NCBI GenBank assembly: GCA_964016885.1 | Contig: OZ024740.1 | Coordinates: 255,254,001-255,318,000, forward strand | Direction of reading: 5' to 3' | Length of the DNA stretch: 64,000 nucleotides | DNA from: Eledone cirrhosa | Lineage: Eukaryota | Part shown: positions 39,985 through 55,143 of the stretch, piece by piece | How positions within the stretch are numbered: position 1 is the first letter of the stretch | How the letters are laid out: each line of letters opens with the position of its first letter | Notes under the pieces: model-generated | Database searches by the model: none | Seen by the model: the letters and a program-made list of their open reading frames with translations, nothing else | What the model was told of the DNA's origin: nothing | Position numbers and translations under genes: made by a program

Positions 39985-40280
39985 TGAAAGCGCGTGGCTT
40001 AGTGGTTAAGTTACTCGGCCCACTATTGTAAGGTCATCAGTTCAATTTCCGGCTGTACATGGTGTATTTGTGCAAGACACTTTATTTCACGTTCGTCCAG
40101 TTCATTCACCTAGAGTCAATAAGTTGCATCTGTTATTCAAATGGCAGCCTTACCACACACTGTGATTCACTGAATCTCCTTGTGAATTTCTTTAAGGGTA
40201 CGAGTGTCTATGGAATGCTCAGTCACTCTTACGTTAATTCTACGATCAAATAACTAGAACAGTTATTGTTTGAACTGATG
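39985..40280 (+). mobile_element. tRNA-derived SINE family 2, diverged (older copy at 38610-38872, minus strand)
   Basis: TGGCTTAGTGGTT A box, GTTCAATT B box, CAAGACACTTTATTTCAC core. Confidence 0.65.
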
Positions 40281-40617
40281 GAGGTTCACCAACATAATAT
40301 ACGTTTGATGTGCGAGGCTGTTGTTTGATCCAATGTCAGACCTGATCAAACAAGCTTATGATAAAAAGTATTCTATCCGTGGCTACCTACTATTTTTTGC
40401 AGACATCGTGTATCTGTGAATATAACATTCGTTGCTGTATGGCCAAGAGTTCGCTACTCCACCATGTGGTTCTGCGTTCAATCCTCGAGCTGGTCAATGT
40501 CTAATAAGTGGAATTCCATAAATAGAGACTGCAAAAGTCTGCGCCGTATATATACACACACACATATATATATACATTGTTTTGTATCGTTTTACAGTGT
40601 TGTTTATTCGTTTAGTA

Positions 40618-40660
<43 letters not shown>

Positions 40661-40764
40661 GTTAACGCTTGATATAGTAGGAATAGAGTCTTAAGTCTTA
40701 ACTTTCGGAAAAATAAAATAAAAATAGAAAGATAGACGAGAGAAGATGAAAGGAAAAAAATAAT

Positions 40765-41570
40765 CATGGCTGTGATCATGGTGATGTTGATGGTGGCGAT
40801 GATAATGGTGGTGATTATGATGGTGGTGATAATGATGGTGTTGATGATGATGGCATTGGTGATGGCGGTGATGATTATGGTTGAAATGATGGTGGTTTTG
40901 ATGGTAGTGATGGTGATGACGATCATCATGATATTCATGAGGATGATAATAATGGCGATGATGATGGTGTTAGTGGTAAAGATTACGATAACGATGATGG
41001 TTGTAAGGGTGATGTGTGCGTGTTGGGGGAGAGGAGAGTGGTGTGGGTGATAATACTGACACAATGGAGAAGGGAAGGAGTGTGAGGGAGAGGAAAATGA
41101 AATTAAGATTTTCATTTGATAACGGAAGGTGTTGTTGTTGTGTGTTATATTGGTGGTGATCTTGGTGATAGTGTTGTTGTTGTTGTTGGTGGTGGTGTTG
41201 TTGTTGGTGGTGGTGGTGGTGGTTATGCTGCTGGTGATGATGTTGTTGGTGTTGGTTTATGTTGGTGTTGTTGATGGTGGTGGTGAGAAATGGCGGCGGC
41301 GGTGGTGTTAGCGATTTTGGTGGTGGTAGTAATGCTGGTAGATAATGGTGATGATGATTATGTTGGGTAATGGTGTTGGTTTTGGTAGATAAAAGTAGTG
41401 GTGGGTAATGATGGTGGTGTTGTTATTGTTGTTGTTGGTGGTGGTGTTATTAGATGATAATGATGGTAGTGGAGTTGTTATTGGTAGTAGTGACAGTGGC
41501 TTCGGTGTTATTTAGGTGGTGGTGATGCTGCTGGTGCTGGTGGTGGCAGCGTTAGTGATGTTGGTTACGG
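40765..41570. repeat. Degenerate (GAT/GGT/GTT)n trinucleotide low-complexity DNA
   Basis: Visible composition; similar tracts at 38100-38460, 62030-62260 and 63430-64000. Confidence 0.9.
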
Positions 41571-41884
41571 CGTTGTCATCTTAAAAACATGCTATCATCT
41601 TTTATATACCACACCGGATGTGAAACAACGGAAGTGTGCTAAAGAAGGGTTAGGCTAGATGATTAGTATGTGGGGTGGTGATTGGGTGACACTGATAACG
41701 ACTGTTGACAATATCAGTGTGGATGTAGGAGTGTGTGTGAGGGTAAGGTGTATAGGTGTCTGTGTGTTTTTGTCTATAAAATTCATATGTATCTGTTAGT
41801 AAATCTATCAGTCTTCCTCTCTATTTGCTTGCTTGCCTGCCTGCATGTCTGTTTGTCTATTTATCGATCTATCTTTGTATGTGT

Positions 41885-41947
<63 letters not shown>

Positions 41948-41983
41948 GTCCCCTTCTTTTGTGCCCCTGTGGCTAATAAAGAA

Positions 41984-42079
<96 letters not shown>

Positions 42080-42289
42080 GTCTGTCTGTCTATCTTATCT
42101 GTCTATCTATCTATTTGACATCAATGTATTTATTTCATCAATACGATAGCAATATTTGTATTGGCAACATCGTAAGGGCTTCGAGCAAAATGCTTTGTGA
42201 TATTCAGTTATGTCCTGAATTTAAATCCTGGTCGATATAAGATAAAGTACCAGTCAAGTACTGTGGCAAATGCACCAAAACGTACTCCT

Positions 42290-45200
42290 CCCCAATCACA
42301 CAGACACCACAACGGACGAGGCGCCCTCATCATCACTGAGTGATGATGAGGGAGAACCCCTCCGCTCCAAAAGGAAAAAAAAAACATAACACGAACAAAA
42401 AGGCAACAAACACATAACCACCAACACAAACAACACAAACATTACAAACAAAAATTCCCCCTCCCGAAAACAATACAACAACACTCCAAACACAAACACC
42501 TACAACAAAACGAAAACACACACAAGAACAACAGACAAAAAATAACACAACAAGAACATTACACATACATAAACAGTGAAAACAAAACTTTAATGGAGGT
42601 CATCTCCAACGACCCTTCGGTGAAAACCGAAGGGAAAACTTTTTCGAACTGTGTAGACAGACCCAATTTAAAGATGATTAGGGTCTCTACGGACACCTAT
42701 AAGTCTTTAAAGAAAAACTTTCCTAAGGACGTCGGTAATCCCTGCGTTAAACCCATGAACCGCGTCCTTTTAAAATGTTTCCCGACCCCCACCCCAGATA
42801 CCCCCATCCCACCAGACACCCCCTCCCCACCAAACATTTCCGTCCCCACCACGCCAGAAACCACTACCCCACCAAACAACCCCTCCAAAATTGTGCAGTC
42901 TGGTCCCAAGGAAACGAAGAGGTGAGTGATTTCTTTTCCTCTTCTTTTAACTTTTCAGCACCAACATGGCTAATATAAGAGTTGGATATGTGAATGTACG
43001 CGGCCTGGGGATGCCCTGGAAACAGGGCAAACTCTTAAACGACCTCAGGTCGCACAGTATGGATGTAGTAGCCATTTGCGAGTCCAGGATCCACAGCGAG
43101 CGACAACTGGCCCCCATCTTCGACGACTTTGAGATCTACGCATCTCTCTGTCAGCCGGGGGGTGGGGGTGGGGGTTGCCGTTTTGCTGCGGAAACACCTG
43201 GACCTCGTAACACAGACGGTACATCTGGACCCGGAGGGTCGACTGGTGGTCCTAGACGTTGACGGTAGTGAAGGTGGAGCTTTCAGGCTGGTGGCCGCAT
43301 ATGCCCCATCCGGGACACCGCGGCCAGACTTCTTCAAACGTCTAGAGACTTTTCTGGGAACGTCCCGCTCCCTGCTGTTAGTAGGGACTGGAATGGAATC
43401 CTAGATGCACGTTGGGACTATGTGGGAGCATGTCCCGATAGCATGTGTAACAGCCTCAAACAGTTAATCGGCCGATTTCAACTGGCCGATAGATATCGAC
43501 TAGATTTTTCAACTGTGCCTCTGTGGACGTGGACCAACCATCGCGGAACATCTAGATCGTACCTAGATAGGTTTCTAGTTAGAGTTAGTGATACGGACAT
43601 GTTAAGCTGTCCACAAATGTTCATGGTTGCCTATTCAGGTCACAAACTAGTGACCTGCTTAGTCAACCTTGATAGAACCCATACTGGAGCTGAACTTGTC
43701 GTTACCGACGTGCAGTAGACGGATTAGCACTTTAGTTAAGCAGCATTTGACGGGGGCCATTGTCAACAACAGATGGTGGTACTCTCTCAAGAGGGCAGTC
43801 AAATTAGACTCGATAGGTTTTAGTAAAGAATTAGTGTGAGATAGAAATAAGACCGAAAAGGAACTGGTAGATAAAGTAGAAGAGGCACTTAGGAGTGGCA
43901 ACGTAGCCAGCGTGCTAGCGACGAGAACGGCCTTGGACCAGTTCTTCGACGCAAAGCACGAAGGCTGCGTTGTCAGGAGCAAAATACGTGCTCCGGGAAA
44001 CGAGGGAGCCAAAGCTGTTAGCTGGGCCCGGGTGACAGAGGCGAAAAGTGGCAACAAGTCCACGATTCGGTCTTTGAAGGACCAAGGCGGACGCGAGGTA
44101 CGTGGGCCGAAGCAGATGTGCGCGGCCTTTCAGCGGCACTTTACTCAACTGTTTGGGCAGGGCGGTGCGACGGGAGGGGCTATGGATTTCGGTCCATACC
44201 TCGACGGCCTACCACGACTCTCGGACAGCGTGGCGAAGTTCTGCGAAAGGCCGATTTCGGCCGCTGAGGTAGGAGGCGCGCTGAGCCAATGCGGCAAACG
44301 CAAATCTCCAGGTCTCGACGGTCTACCATACGAATTTTACGTAGCAATGCCGGACTTGTTCTCCGGTCTCCTGGAAGTGGTCTACTGCAACTAGCAGCAG
44401 AACGGGAGAATTCCCAGTTCTGTGACCATGGGCGTAATCGCGTTAGTCAGGAAGGACGAGAATAAGGGGGATGACATAGGCAACTTCCGGCCCATAACTC
44501 TGCTAAACACAGAGTTACAGATTTTGGCCAAGGTGTTGGCAAAGAGGCTGGCGCTTGTCAAAAACTTGGTGGGAGAAGCGCAGACATGCGCAATCTCGAC
44601 CAGATCCATACACGACAACCTCCACCTCATGCGATACATCATAGAGAGGGTAGGGTGTAAACCTGGCTTCGGTGGGGCCCTGATCAACTTGGATCAGTCT
44701 AAGGCTTTCGATAGGGTTGACCATCGTTACCTGGATTCGGTGCTCGAGGCGGCAGGCTTCGGACCGGTGTTCAGGGGCTGGATCGAGGCGATGCACACCA
44801 GCATCTGCTCGAGGGTCAAGGTGAACGGCTACCTATCGGAGCCGTTCGCAATCACACGTTCCATTCGACAGGTGTGCCCTCTCTCCTCCATCTGTATGTA
44901 TTGACTCTAGAGCCACTACTACGGAAATTAGAGCTGTTGCAGGGCATCCCTCTAGAACCGGAACTGCGCAAAGCGGCATCGGCTTATGCCGACGACTTGA
45001 CAGTAGTGGTGTCGAGCACCTCGGAAATCGGGGTGATCGGCAACTTAATGAAAGAATACGAAACGCTGATGGGAGCAAAACTAAACCCGGACAAGTCTGT
45101 CGGTTTGCAACTCGGTACGTGGAGAGGCAAACCGATGACGTCAGACAGCGTCGTTGGACGCTGGACGGACGGACCGGTGAAATTGCTCGGGGTCTGGTTC

Positions 45201-46500
45201 GGTCCAGACCTGCAGGTGGAGAAAAACTGGAACGAGGTCACGGCAAAGGTGTTTGCGCTCACCCAGAAGTGGGCAGAGTGCAAACTGTCCTTGAAAGGTC
45301 GAGTGGAGCTGGTGAACACTTTCATAGCGTCCGTCATCTACTACCGCTTGACTGTCGTGCCTTGTTTCCGTGAACACCTCGCCAAGATGGAACGCATCTT
45401 CTTCTAGTTTCTGTGGAGGAAGCAGGCTCTTCGTGTGAGGAGATCCGTCTGCTGTCAGCACCCTTCCAACGGAGGGCTGGGCATGCCATGGCTGATGATG
45501 CGCAAACATGCGTTGAGGCTGCGGCATCTCCAGGTATTCCCCACCGACCCCCAACCGGTGTGGGCAGCGTTTGTGAGACAGGCTTTCCCACAGTTCGTCT
45601 CGCTGACGGAGCTGCAGTCCTGGGTCAAGAAAAGACCGAAAACGATGGGCGCCTGGCACATTGAATGCGCTCAGGTTCTCACAGTCCTCTGGCAAGCGGG
45701 CACAGCAATCAGTGGAGACTCCACTTCGACATTCTATAGAGAGACTGTACGTTACAAGGGCGACGACGTGCTCGAAGAGACTCTGGGCGTCGAAGACGAT
45801 GAGTCTGTTTGGTAGGACTTTCCGCCCGAGACCTATGGACAACTTCCAGTAGTCCCTGGCCTGGCAGTGCTACCGAGGAGCTCTATCGGTTTGTGACAAG
45901 ATCTACAGGCATGCACGCCCCGGCAGGGATACTTCCAAGAGGACGTGTCCAAGATGCGCGCAGGACATTGAAACGGTTCTGCACGCAATTGTACCCTGCC
46001 CGGGCGTAACCGACCTGTGGAACTATGCAGAACAACTGCTGTCGCGTATGGGACAAAACCAGTTGACTGCCGAGTCCATAGTAAGGATCAAACCGCTAGC
46101 CTCTTTAAAAAACGAAAGAGAGGCGGTTTTCCTCTGTACAGTGGCTATGGTGAAAGAAGTTATATGGTGGACGAGATTGAGAGGACTGAGGACAGATGCC
46201 TTTCTCTCCGGACAACAATTAATTTCCTTCTTTAAGTATCACTTTAGAAGGAGAATCAGAGTGGAGAGAGAGGCACTGCACCCCAGTAAATTTACTGAAA
46301 GGTGGGTGAATGAAGCGAAAATGGCCCGAGTGATTGGGCCTTCTCTGTTTATAAGCCTGTAGGTTAAAGAAGAGAGCAAAAGGAAGAAAGGAGCACTTGC
46401 ACAACACGCTGCTGAAGTTGAGGATTGTTCTATCGACGGGGTATTAAACAACCCATTTGTGGCGCATCCCCGCTAGTGGGGATTTTGATTGTTGTAATTG
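42290..46500 (+). mobile_element. Near full-length L1/Tx1-clade LINE with decayed ORF2 (42966-46362)
   Basis: APE (VNVRGL, YAP, SYLDRF), RT (KSPGLDGLP, NFRPITLLN, LDQSKAFDRV, YADD, LLGV) and Cys-rich C-terminus, with several stops and frameshifts; short ORF1 at 42593-42925. Confidence 0.95.
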
Positions 46501-46545
46501 TTTGTTTATATATATAAATATATATAGATATAAAGAGAGAGACAG

Positions 46546-46639
46546 GGCGATAGGTAAAATCCCAACCGTGTGTTCAGCAAGCCTTTAAAAGCCGAAATCG
46601 CTTGGCGCCGCGGTCGGGATTTTACCTATGTCTATGCCC
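46546..46639. mobile_element. Tiny TIR element or hairpin (GGGC...GCCC)
   Basis: ATAGGTAAAATCCC-ACCG versus CGGT-GGGATTTTACCTAT. Confidence 0.5.
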
Positions 46640-46721
46640 ACTCTGCATCTCCACATTCATTGAGTACTCCTATAATTAGTGATCCCTCAAGTTTCAGCAC
46701 ACCAGTCTCCCCACCTCTCTC

Positions 46722-48444
<1,723 letters not shown>

Positions 48445-48550
48445 GAGGATATGTTCCTACACGCACAAGGCGCTAAGGGTCACATGTATTGTCCAACCAT
48501 ATGCCAATGTGGTTCAATGGCAGGTTAATAAATTAACGAGCCAGAACATA

Positions 48551-49045
48551 TATAATCAAGGTTTAGCAAATAAGAAAAAGTTTCAAAATAAATTTTAAAA
48601 AATTAACTTTACCTACTATAGTTACCTTTACCGAATCGGTTTCGAGTCTCAAAAATAAACGGGGTCCATACGGCAACCGTTCCAAAGAAAAACTCTCGTC
48701 AGAAGGATCTTTTCATTCGAAGAATATAAAATTCCCGAATTCAAATTACGAACTGGCGCTATTCAAAATTGTTCCCGAGATGCCTCCGCCTCTATCTTTA
48801 CACTCGGCCCTTGAAAAAATTGATTCCACTTCATTTTCTCTCATCTCGGGAACAATTTTGAATAGCGCCATTTTGAATTCTTCGTATGAAAAGATCCTTC
48901 TGACGAGAGTTTTTCTTTGAAACGGTTGCCGTATGGACCCCGTTTATTTTTGAGACTCGAAACATTTTCGGTAAAGGTAACTATAGTAGGTAAAGTAAAT
49001 TTTTTAAAATTTATTTTGAAACTTTTTCTTATTTGCTAAACCTTG

Positions 49046-49050
<5 letters not shown>
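48551..49050. mobile_element. Family P foldback with full type I HHR
   Basis: Arms 48551-48782 and 48842-49050. HHR 48625-48706(-): CCTT-CTGACGA-GAGT..ACTC-GAAACCG att CGGTA-AAGG; damaged mirror at 48896-48977. Confidence 0.85.
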
Positions 49051-49136
<86 letters not shown>

Positions 49137-49140
<4 letters not shown>

Positions 49141-49226
49141 ATAATAATCAATTTGAAGACTAAAATCCAAAGAGGGCTCGATAAGGATAAATATATTCTT
49201 TGCTTAAACTTTAATCTGTTATTTTA

Positions 49227-49264
<38 letters not shown>

Positions 49265-50413
49265 TAAAATAACAGATTAAAGTTTAAGCAAAGAATCGCT
49301 GCTTTCACCCTTAACGGGATCTTCTGAAACTAACAAAGTCAATCTGTAAACGCAGAACTGGATATTCCAAAAAACGTTGCAACCGGAGGAAGACAGGAAG
49401 ACGATACTTTGGTTCGTGGAAACGTTCGCTGGCAAAGAACGGGAAAAAACGAATAATACGTCATTAATAGGAGCGGTGAAAAACAATTACGCGCAAAGAC
49501 AGAACCACGTTTATGGTATAAAAGAGGTCGTAGACTAATGTTCTCTTAGGTGGTGCATAGAGAGTTCTCTGGCAATGAACGAAAAAACGAAGATAATACG
49601 TCATGTATGGAGCGTGGAGAACCATAGCACGCAAAAACAAAACCACGTAAATGGTATAACAGAAGTCGTAGATTAAAATTCTAACTAGGAGACCAAATGA
49701 ATCTCCGCTACAGAGTTAAGAACAAAGTAAATAAATACAATACAGAAGTAATAGAAATAAATGAATACATACACGCAAACAAATACGTACATACACAAGC
49801 ATACGCAAAACCTTACCATAGGTATACAAAACCACGCACATATAAATATGTGTGTGTGTGTATGCGTGTATACAAATAAATAAATAATTATATAAACGTA
49901 TATAAATAAATAAATACGTATATAACAAGCGCATACACATACCTACATATAATCACGCGAGTGTTCGGAGAAGTAAGTCAACTAAAACAAGAAGTACACA
50001 TATACACCACACACCCACCATACGTACGAACCTGCATACTCACACAGACGCAAAACTCCCGTATACACATAGCCAAACGTGGTTCTGTCTTTGCGCGTAA
50101 TTGTTTTTCACCGCTCCTATTAATGACGTATTATTCGTTTTTTCCCGTTCTTTGCCAGCGAACGTTTCCACGAACCAAAGTATCGTCTTCCTGTCTTCCT
50201 CCGGTTGCAACGTTTTTTGAAATATCCAGTTCTGCGTTTACAGATTGACTTTGTTAGTTTCAGAAGATCCCGTTAAGGGTGAAAGCAGCGATTCTTTGCT
50301 TAAACTTTAATCTGTTATTTTAATAAATATTTGCTCTACGGTTCTTATATATTTGATATATATTTATCCTTATCGAGCCCTCTTTGGATTTTAGTCTTCA
50401 AATTTATTATTAT

Positions 50414-50420
<7 letters not shown>
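49137..50420. mobile_element. Family E foldback (3' UTR/pLTR only)
   Basis: Minus arm 49260-50077, plus arm 50075-50420; HHRs at about 49280-49331(-) and 50256-50306(+). Confidence 0.88.
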
Positions 50421-50467
<47 letters not shown>

Positions 50468-50811
50468 ACAGGGAGAAAGAGACGATTATGAGGAAGAAAA
50501 ATATTTTTTTTCTCCCTTTTTTGTTTCTCTCTCTCTTTTTTCTGGGTTAGAAAAATGATTAAAACGAAATGTTTTACTTTGTGTGAAGTTTTAAGGTATT
50601 AGTTGATTTATTTATTATTCAACAATGGCATTTATTTATCTATTTATATATATATATAACGAAGGAATTGTGGTAAGGGACCAGATGGACCATAACGCAC
50701 CAGAGTACTCAATACTTAGGGTAGTAGAGTGGGTAATAGGAAAAAGTATGACCCCGACGGCAGAGCTCAAGCCGTTTCGACGGCTATTTCTGGACTATAT
50801 GTGTGTGTGTG

Positions 50812-51155
50812 TGAAGGAACATTGCTTAGTGGCTAGAGCGTCGTGCTTACAATCGTGAGGTTGTGAGTTCGATTCCCAGACCGGGTGATGCGTTGTGTCC
50901 TTGGGTAAGACACTTTATTTCACATTGCTCCAGTTATCTCAGCTATAGAAATGAGTTGCGATGTCACTGGTGCCAAGCTGTATTGGACTGTGTCTTTCCC
51001 TTGGACAATATCGGTGGTGTGGGGAGGGGAGGCTGGTATGCATGGGTGACTACTGGTCTTCCACAAACAATCTTGCCTGGACTTGTGCCTCGGAGGGAAA
51101 CCTTTTAGTGTAAATCCCATGGTCATTCTTGATCGAAGGGGTTCTTTAACCTTTT
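50812..51155 (+). mobile_element. tRNA-derived SINE family 2
   Basis: tRNA-like head (CTTAGTGG..CTTACAA..GAGTTCGATTCCC), then TGTGTCCTTGGGTAAGACACTTTA body. Confidence 0.85.
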
Positions 51156-51425
51156 AATCACATATATATATATATAGTATCAGTAATAAATACTGACACA
51201 GAAAAGTAATAGACTTACCGTACGTGTGCATGTATGTGTGAGTATATATGTACCACATTAAATATTAGTATGTGTACCTTTGTATTTGTTTGTGGGTTCC
51301 GTATATGCAAAAAGCCCCATCAATTGACTTATGCAAATCTTAATCCATGTACCAATGAAGTTTATATTGCAGTTAACTACATGTTCATATATTTTTATGT
51401 ATTTCACATCAGTTAACTTTTATGT

Positions 51426-51754
51426 TCTCTGGGGTCTCCAATTATTCCCGCCTCCAGCTCTTATGCCCCCTCCCGCTTAATCAATTTTACTAGTCTATTT
51501 CTGGCAAAAATTTATTTTAAGTGGTAGCATTCCTGTGACAATTAATTTTCTTTAGATGTTAAAAGACCTCATGACAACACAAAAGAGCATTACAAGAAGT
51601 CCCATGCGTTATAAAATAAATAGGATGGGTTGGGGTCTCAATGTAAACTAATCGACTAATTCTAGTTTTAAAAAAATCAAGAGAGACAACCTAGAAACAT
51701 CAATTCTCCCGCCTCGCTTATTTCAACCCCCACCTATTATTTGGGACCCGAGAG
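51426..51754. mobile_element. Possible degraded mariner-type MITE
   Basis: CTCT-GGGGTCTCCAATT versus ATTTGGGACCCGAGAG-TA. Confidence 0.4.
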
Positions 51755-52694
51755 TATGTTACATATATATTTTGTATTTATATTTCCCATTCACTTATGT
51801 CCTAATATAGTTACGTCATATCAATCTCTTCACTTTCTGTTTGATAGGATTTTTATTTTAACTTTTTTACGGAGACGAATTTGAAAGTTGTCATGATTTT
51901 GATATAGAAAGGCATTTAAAATTAAAGACGAAAGAAATCTTTTCTATCAATCACCTCAACACTAGATATTTATAGCTATTACTCTCCATATTTTTGATTG
52001 TTGCATCTAAATAAACTGTAGTTGACATACCCTCAGTTTAGTGTCCCTCCAATGCGATTTTATTTCTTTACAACTTTCTTAATATATTTTGTCTTTCTGT
52101 CTCCCCCTCCCTCCCTACAAGCTGCTACCATCGCTGCTGTTGCTGTTACTGTTGCTACATCCGATGTTCTAGCCGCTTTTCTGCCGACCATGGTTCAATG
52201 TAGACGTTCTTCCATTGCTCTCTTGTCTTGCCCTGTTCTTCTTTATATAAACGTCATATCAACAGAAATTTTTGATTCTCTTGTGCGGGCCAACTTTAAA
52301 TACATGATACTTCCTTTCCCCACGCAAAATAATGTTGGTTGGAAGGAAGCTGATGGGGTGATTACAACGCTATAGTTCTTTCTTTCTCTTTGGATTACGT
52401 TTTTCATCCTTTCTACACTGTTTCTTTTTTTCTTCCTCTTTCATAATTCTCCAAGAAAAAAAAAATTCTCCATAGTTCTCATTACCGCTTTTCTTCTCTT
52501 CTCTCTCTACACTTCTTTCGTTTCTCATCATAGGCTTTAGACGCTCTTTCTTTCATTCTCTCCATCTCCCTCCTTCCTTCCCTGGCGGTTCTTCTGAACT
52601 CAGTAGGTTATATTTTAACCCGACTTTTGCTATGCTTAATTGTGACATTTCATATTTTGATGTAGATTAGATTGCGATTATCTTGATAAATAAT

Positions 52695-52876
52695 TGTTTC
52701 TACTTTTTGGCACAAGGCCAGCAATTATCCCAGTACATTACTGGTACTTTATTTTATCGACCCCGTAAGGATGAAAGGCAAAGTTAACCTCGGCGGGAAT
52801 TGAACTCTGATCGTAAAGGGACGTAACTATGCTGGAAAGCATAATCCAACCCTCTACAAATACTGCCAATTCACCG
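52695..52876 (-). mobile_element. SINE family 1
   Basis: Family match; 18-bp duplication at 52677-52694 and 52989-53006. Confidence 0.92.
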
Positions 52877-53120
52877 GCAATGCTCTGCTATATAATTTTA
52901 AAATAATATCAATGTGTATAATATCATAGATTTTTACACAAACGTGATGCTGTATCAACAATTAGGAATTTCGTACAAAATAGAAAATATTATCTTGATA
53001 AATAATATTTTCTATTTTGTACGAAATTCCTAAATGTTGATACAGCATCACGTTTGTGTAAAAATCTATGATATTATACACATTGATATTATTTTAAAAT
53101 TATATAGCAGAGCATTGCCG
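52875..53120. repeat. Palindrome with about 119-bp arms, one mismatch seen
   Basis: 52875-52993 is the reverse complement of 53002-53120. Confidence 0.95.
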
Positions 53121-53598
53121 AAATCTTTTAAAAGTGAACTATTGATGGAAGGGGCTTTACTGCAGACTGATTATTGAACTGCAAATACTATGCACATTTC
53201 AGTGGCCAGGTTATGTATAAACCCGGTGACGTCATAAAGTGTATAATTGCATAATAGTTATGTAGAAACAGAGAAAGAAAAAACGAGAATGAAAAAAAAT
53301 GTGTTTTTTGTTTTTGACTCAGGGGTAATTGAAACAGTAGGATTGAACACAGAACGACGTGGTTTGAAACCTAACTCCATAACCACATAATTATTTCATT
53401 TTACATCCTCAGTGAATTATAGTGCTGTTAGTCAAACAAGTTTCTAACAGGCCAATCACTGGTTCACTTTGAAGCGCATAGGGAGGATTGGCGAGAGGTA
53501 GAAAAAGGATGGAAGGAGAGAGAACCATCGTGTGGACGGTGTGAGGCACAGTGTAGTGATGATGGCTGGAATTGATAAGAAAGTGGTCCACAAGAGAA

Positions 53599-53689
<91 letters not shown>

Positions 53690-53691
53690 AA

Positions 53692-53765
<74 letters not shown>

Positions 53766-55143
53766 TTTGCTTGAGAGAGAGACGGAGATTTGCTTAAGAA
53801 AATTGACATGGCTGCATACAAAATGTCGATTTCGTCGACAGATAAGAAACGAAGTTAGTGTTTGTTAGGCGTTCAGATAAACTCTATTTTCACGCTAGCG
53901 TCTTCATTGCTCAATCACAGCAGAACAATATTATCTCTCCTTTTCTTCCACCCACATACATCGCCCGCTCCCTTCCTCTTAACCCTTTTCATACCACACT
54001 CGCATAACCCCCACTGGCTCTACGATAACACACTGGTTATTTTAAAGTGTTTATATTTATCTAAAAACATTCGACCATAATTTTGTGTAACACAAATTTA
54101 GTAATAAGAAAATTGGCTATATCATTAAATCTCACCAAATTCTTGATTATTGTCAAAATTATTCGAAAATTATAGGCAGTGATTTTCATTAGAAATGTAG
54201 TAACCAAATCGTTAATCTCGTCATCTATCTCTCTCAACTTTTATATTTATACTCTCTCCAATTTTCAGACGCTTTCTCTTCGTCTTCTACCTACCTACCT
54301 ATCGATCTATCAACCAATTTGCTTATCTATCTAGCTGCACACACACACGTGCACACACACATACACAAAAGCACACACAGAAACACGCGCGCGCGCGCGC
54401 ACACACACACACACACACGCACGCACAGACACACACACATACACACACACACTCACACACACACATATATATAATAATGATAAACGAAAGACAGTTACTT
54501 TAATTCATCCCTATTTATTTTATTATACGTATTTCGAAAATGCATAACATAAGCCAAAACATTTTCTCTTCAGATAAAATCCACGCGAGATGCAGCAATC
54601 ATTGATATGCAGGCGGTCAGACGAGCTGTTCAGATCCGTAACCGGCAAGCATATGAGATAGAAAAAACAACCTCAACAGAGAAGATATTATATGAGTGGG
54701 AGAAATATTACAGTTGGTATTGAGATATGTGAACTGGCGAGACTATGATGATACCAGATTGGTAAAAAATTCAAAACAAAAACAAATATTGACCGTTAGT
54801 CTATTTATTTATGTTAGATTAAATTAGACACTGTACTAAAAAATATATATTCGAAGATTCTAAAGTAATAATGTAATTATAAATTACTAATTTCAAGACA
54901 ATTTATCTTATTTTATGTATACAATTTAATTTAGTAGATATTATGTGAGTGGAAAAAATATTTAACAATTGGCATTGCTATATTAATAACTGTCTAAGTT
55001 TTCATGTTATGGGATTAATCAATTGGTTCAAAGGAAAAGATGTATTTGTTGTAGCCTAATTACTTAAAAGGAAAAATGCATGTATTATAGCATAATCTGT
55101 CAATTTATATTAAAATTAATTCACTTATATACTAATCACCGAA

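Noticed and set aside
50812-50890. tRNA gene
   Set aside because: tRNA-like head continues into a SINE body and lacks a proper acceptor stem.
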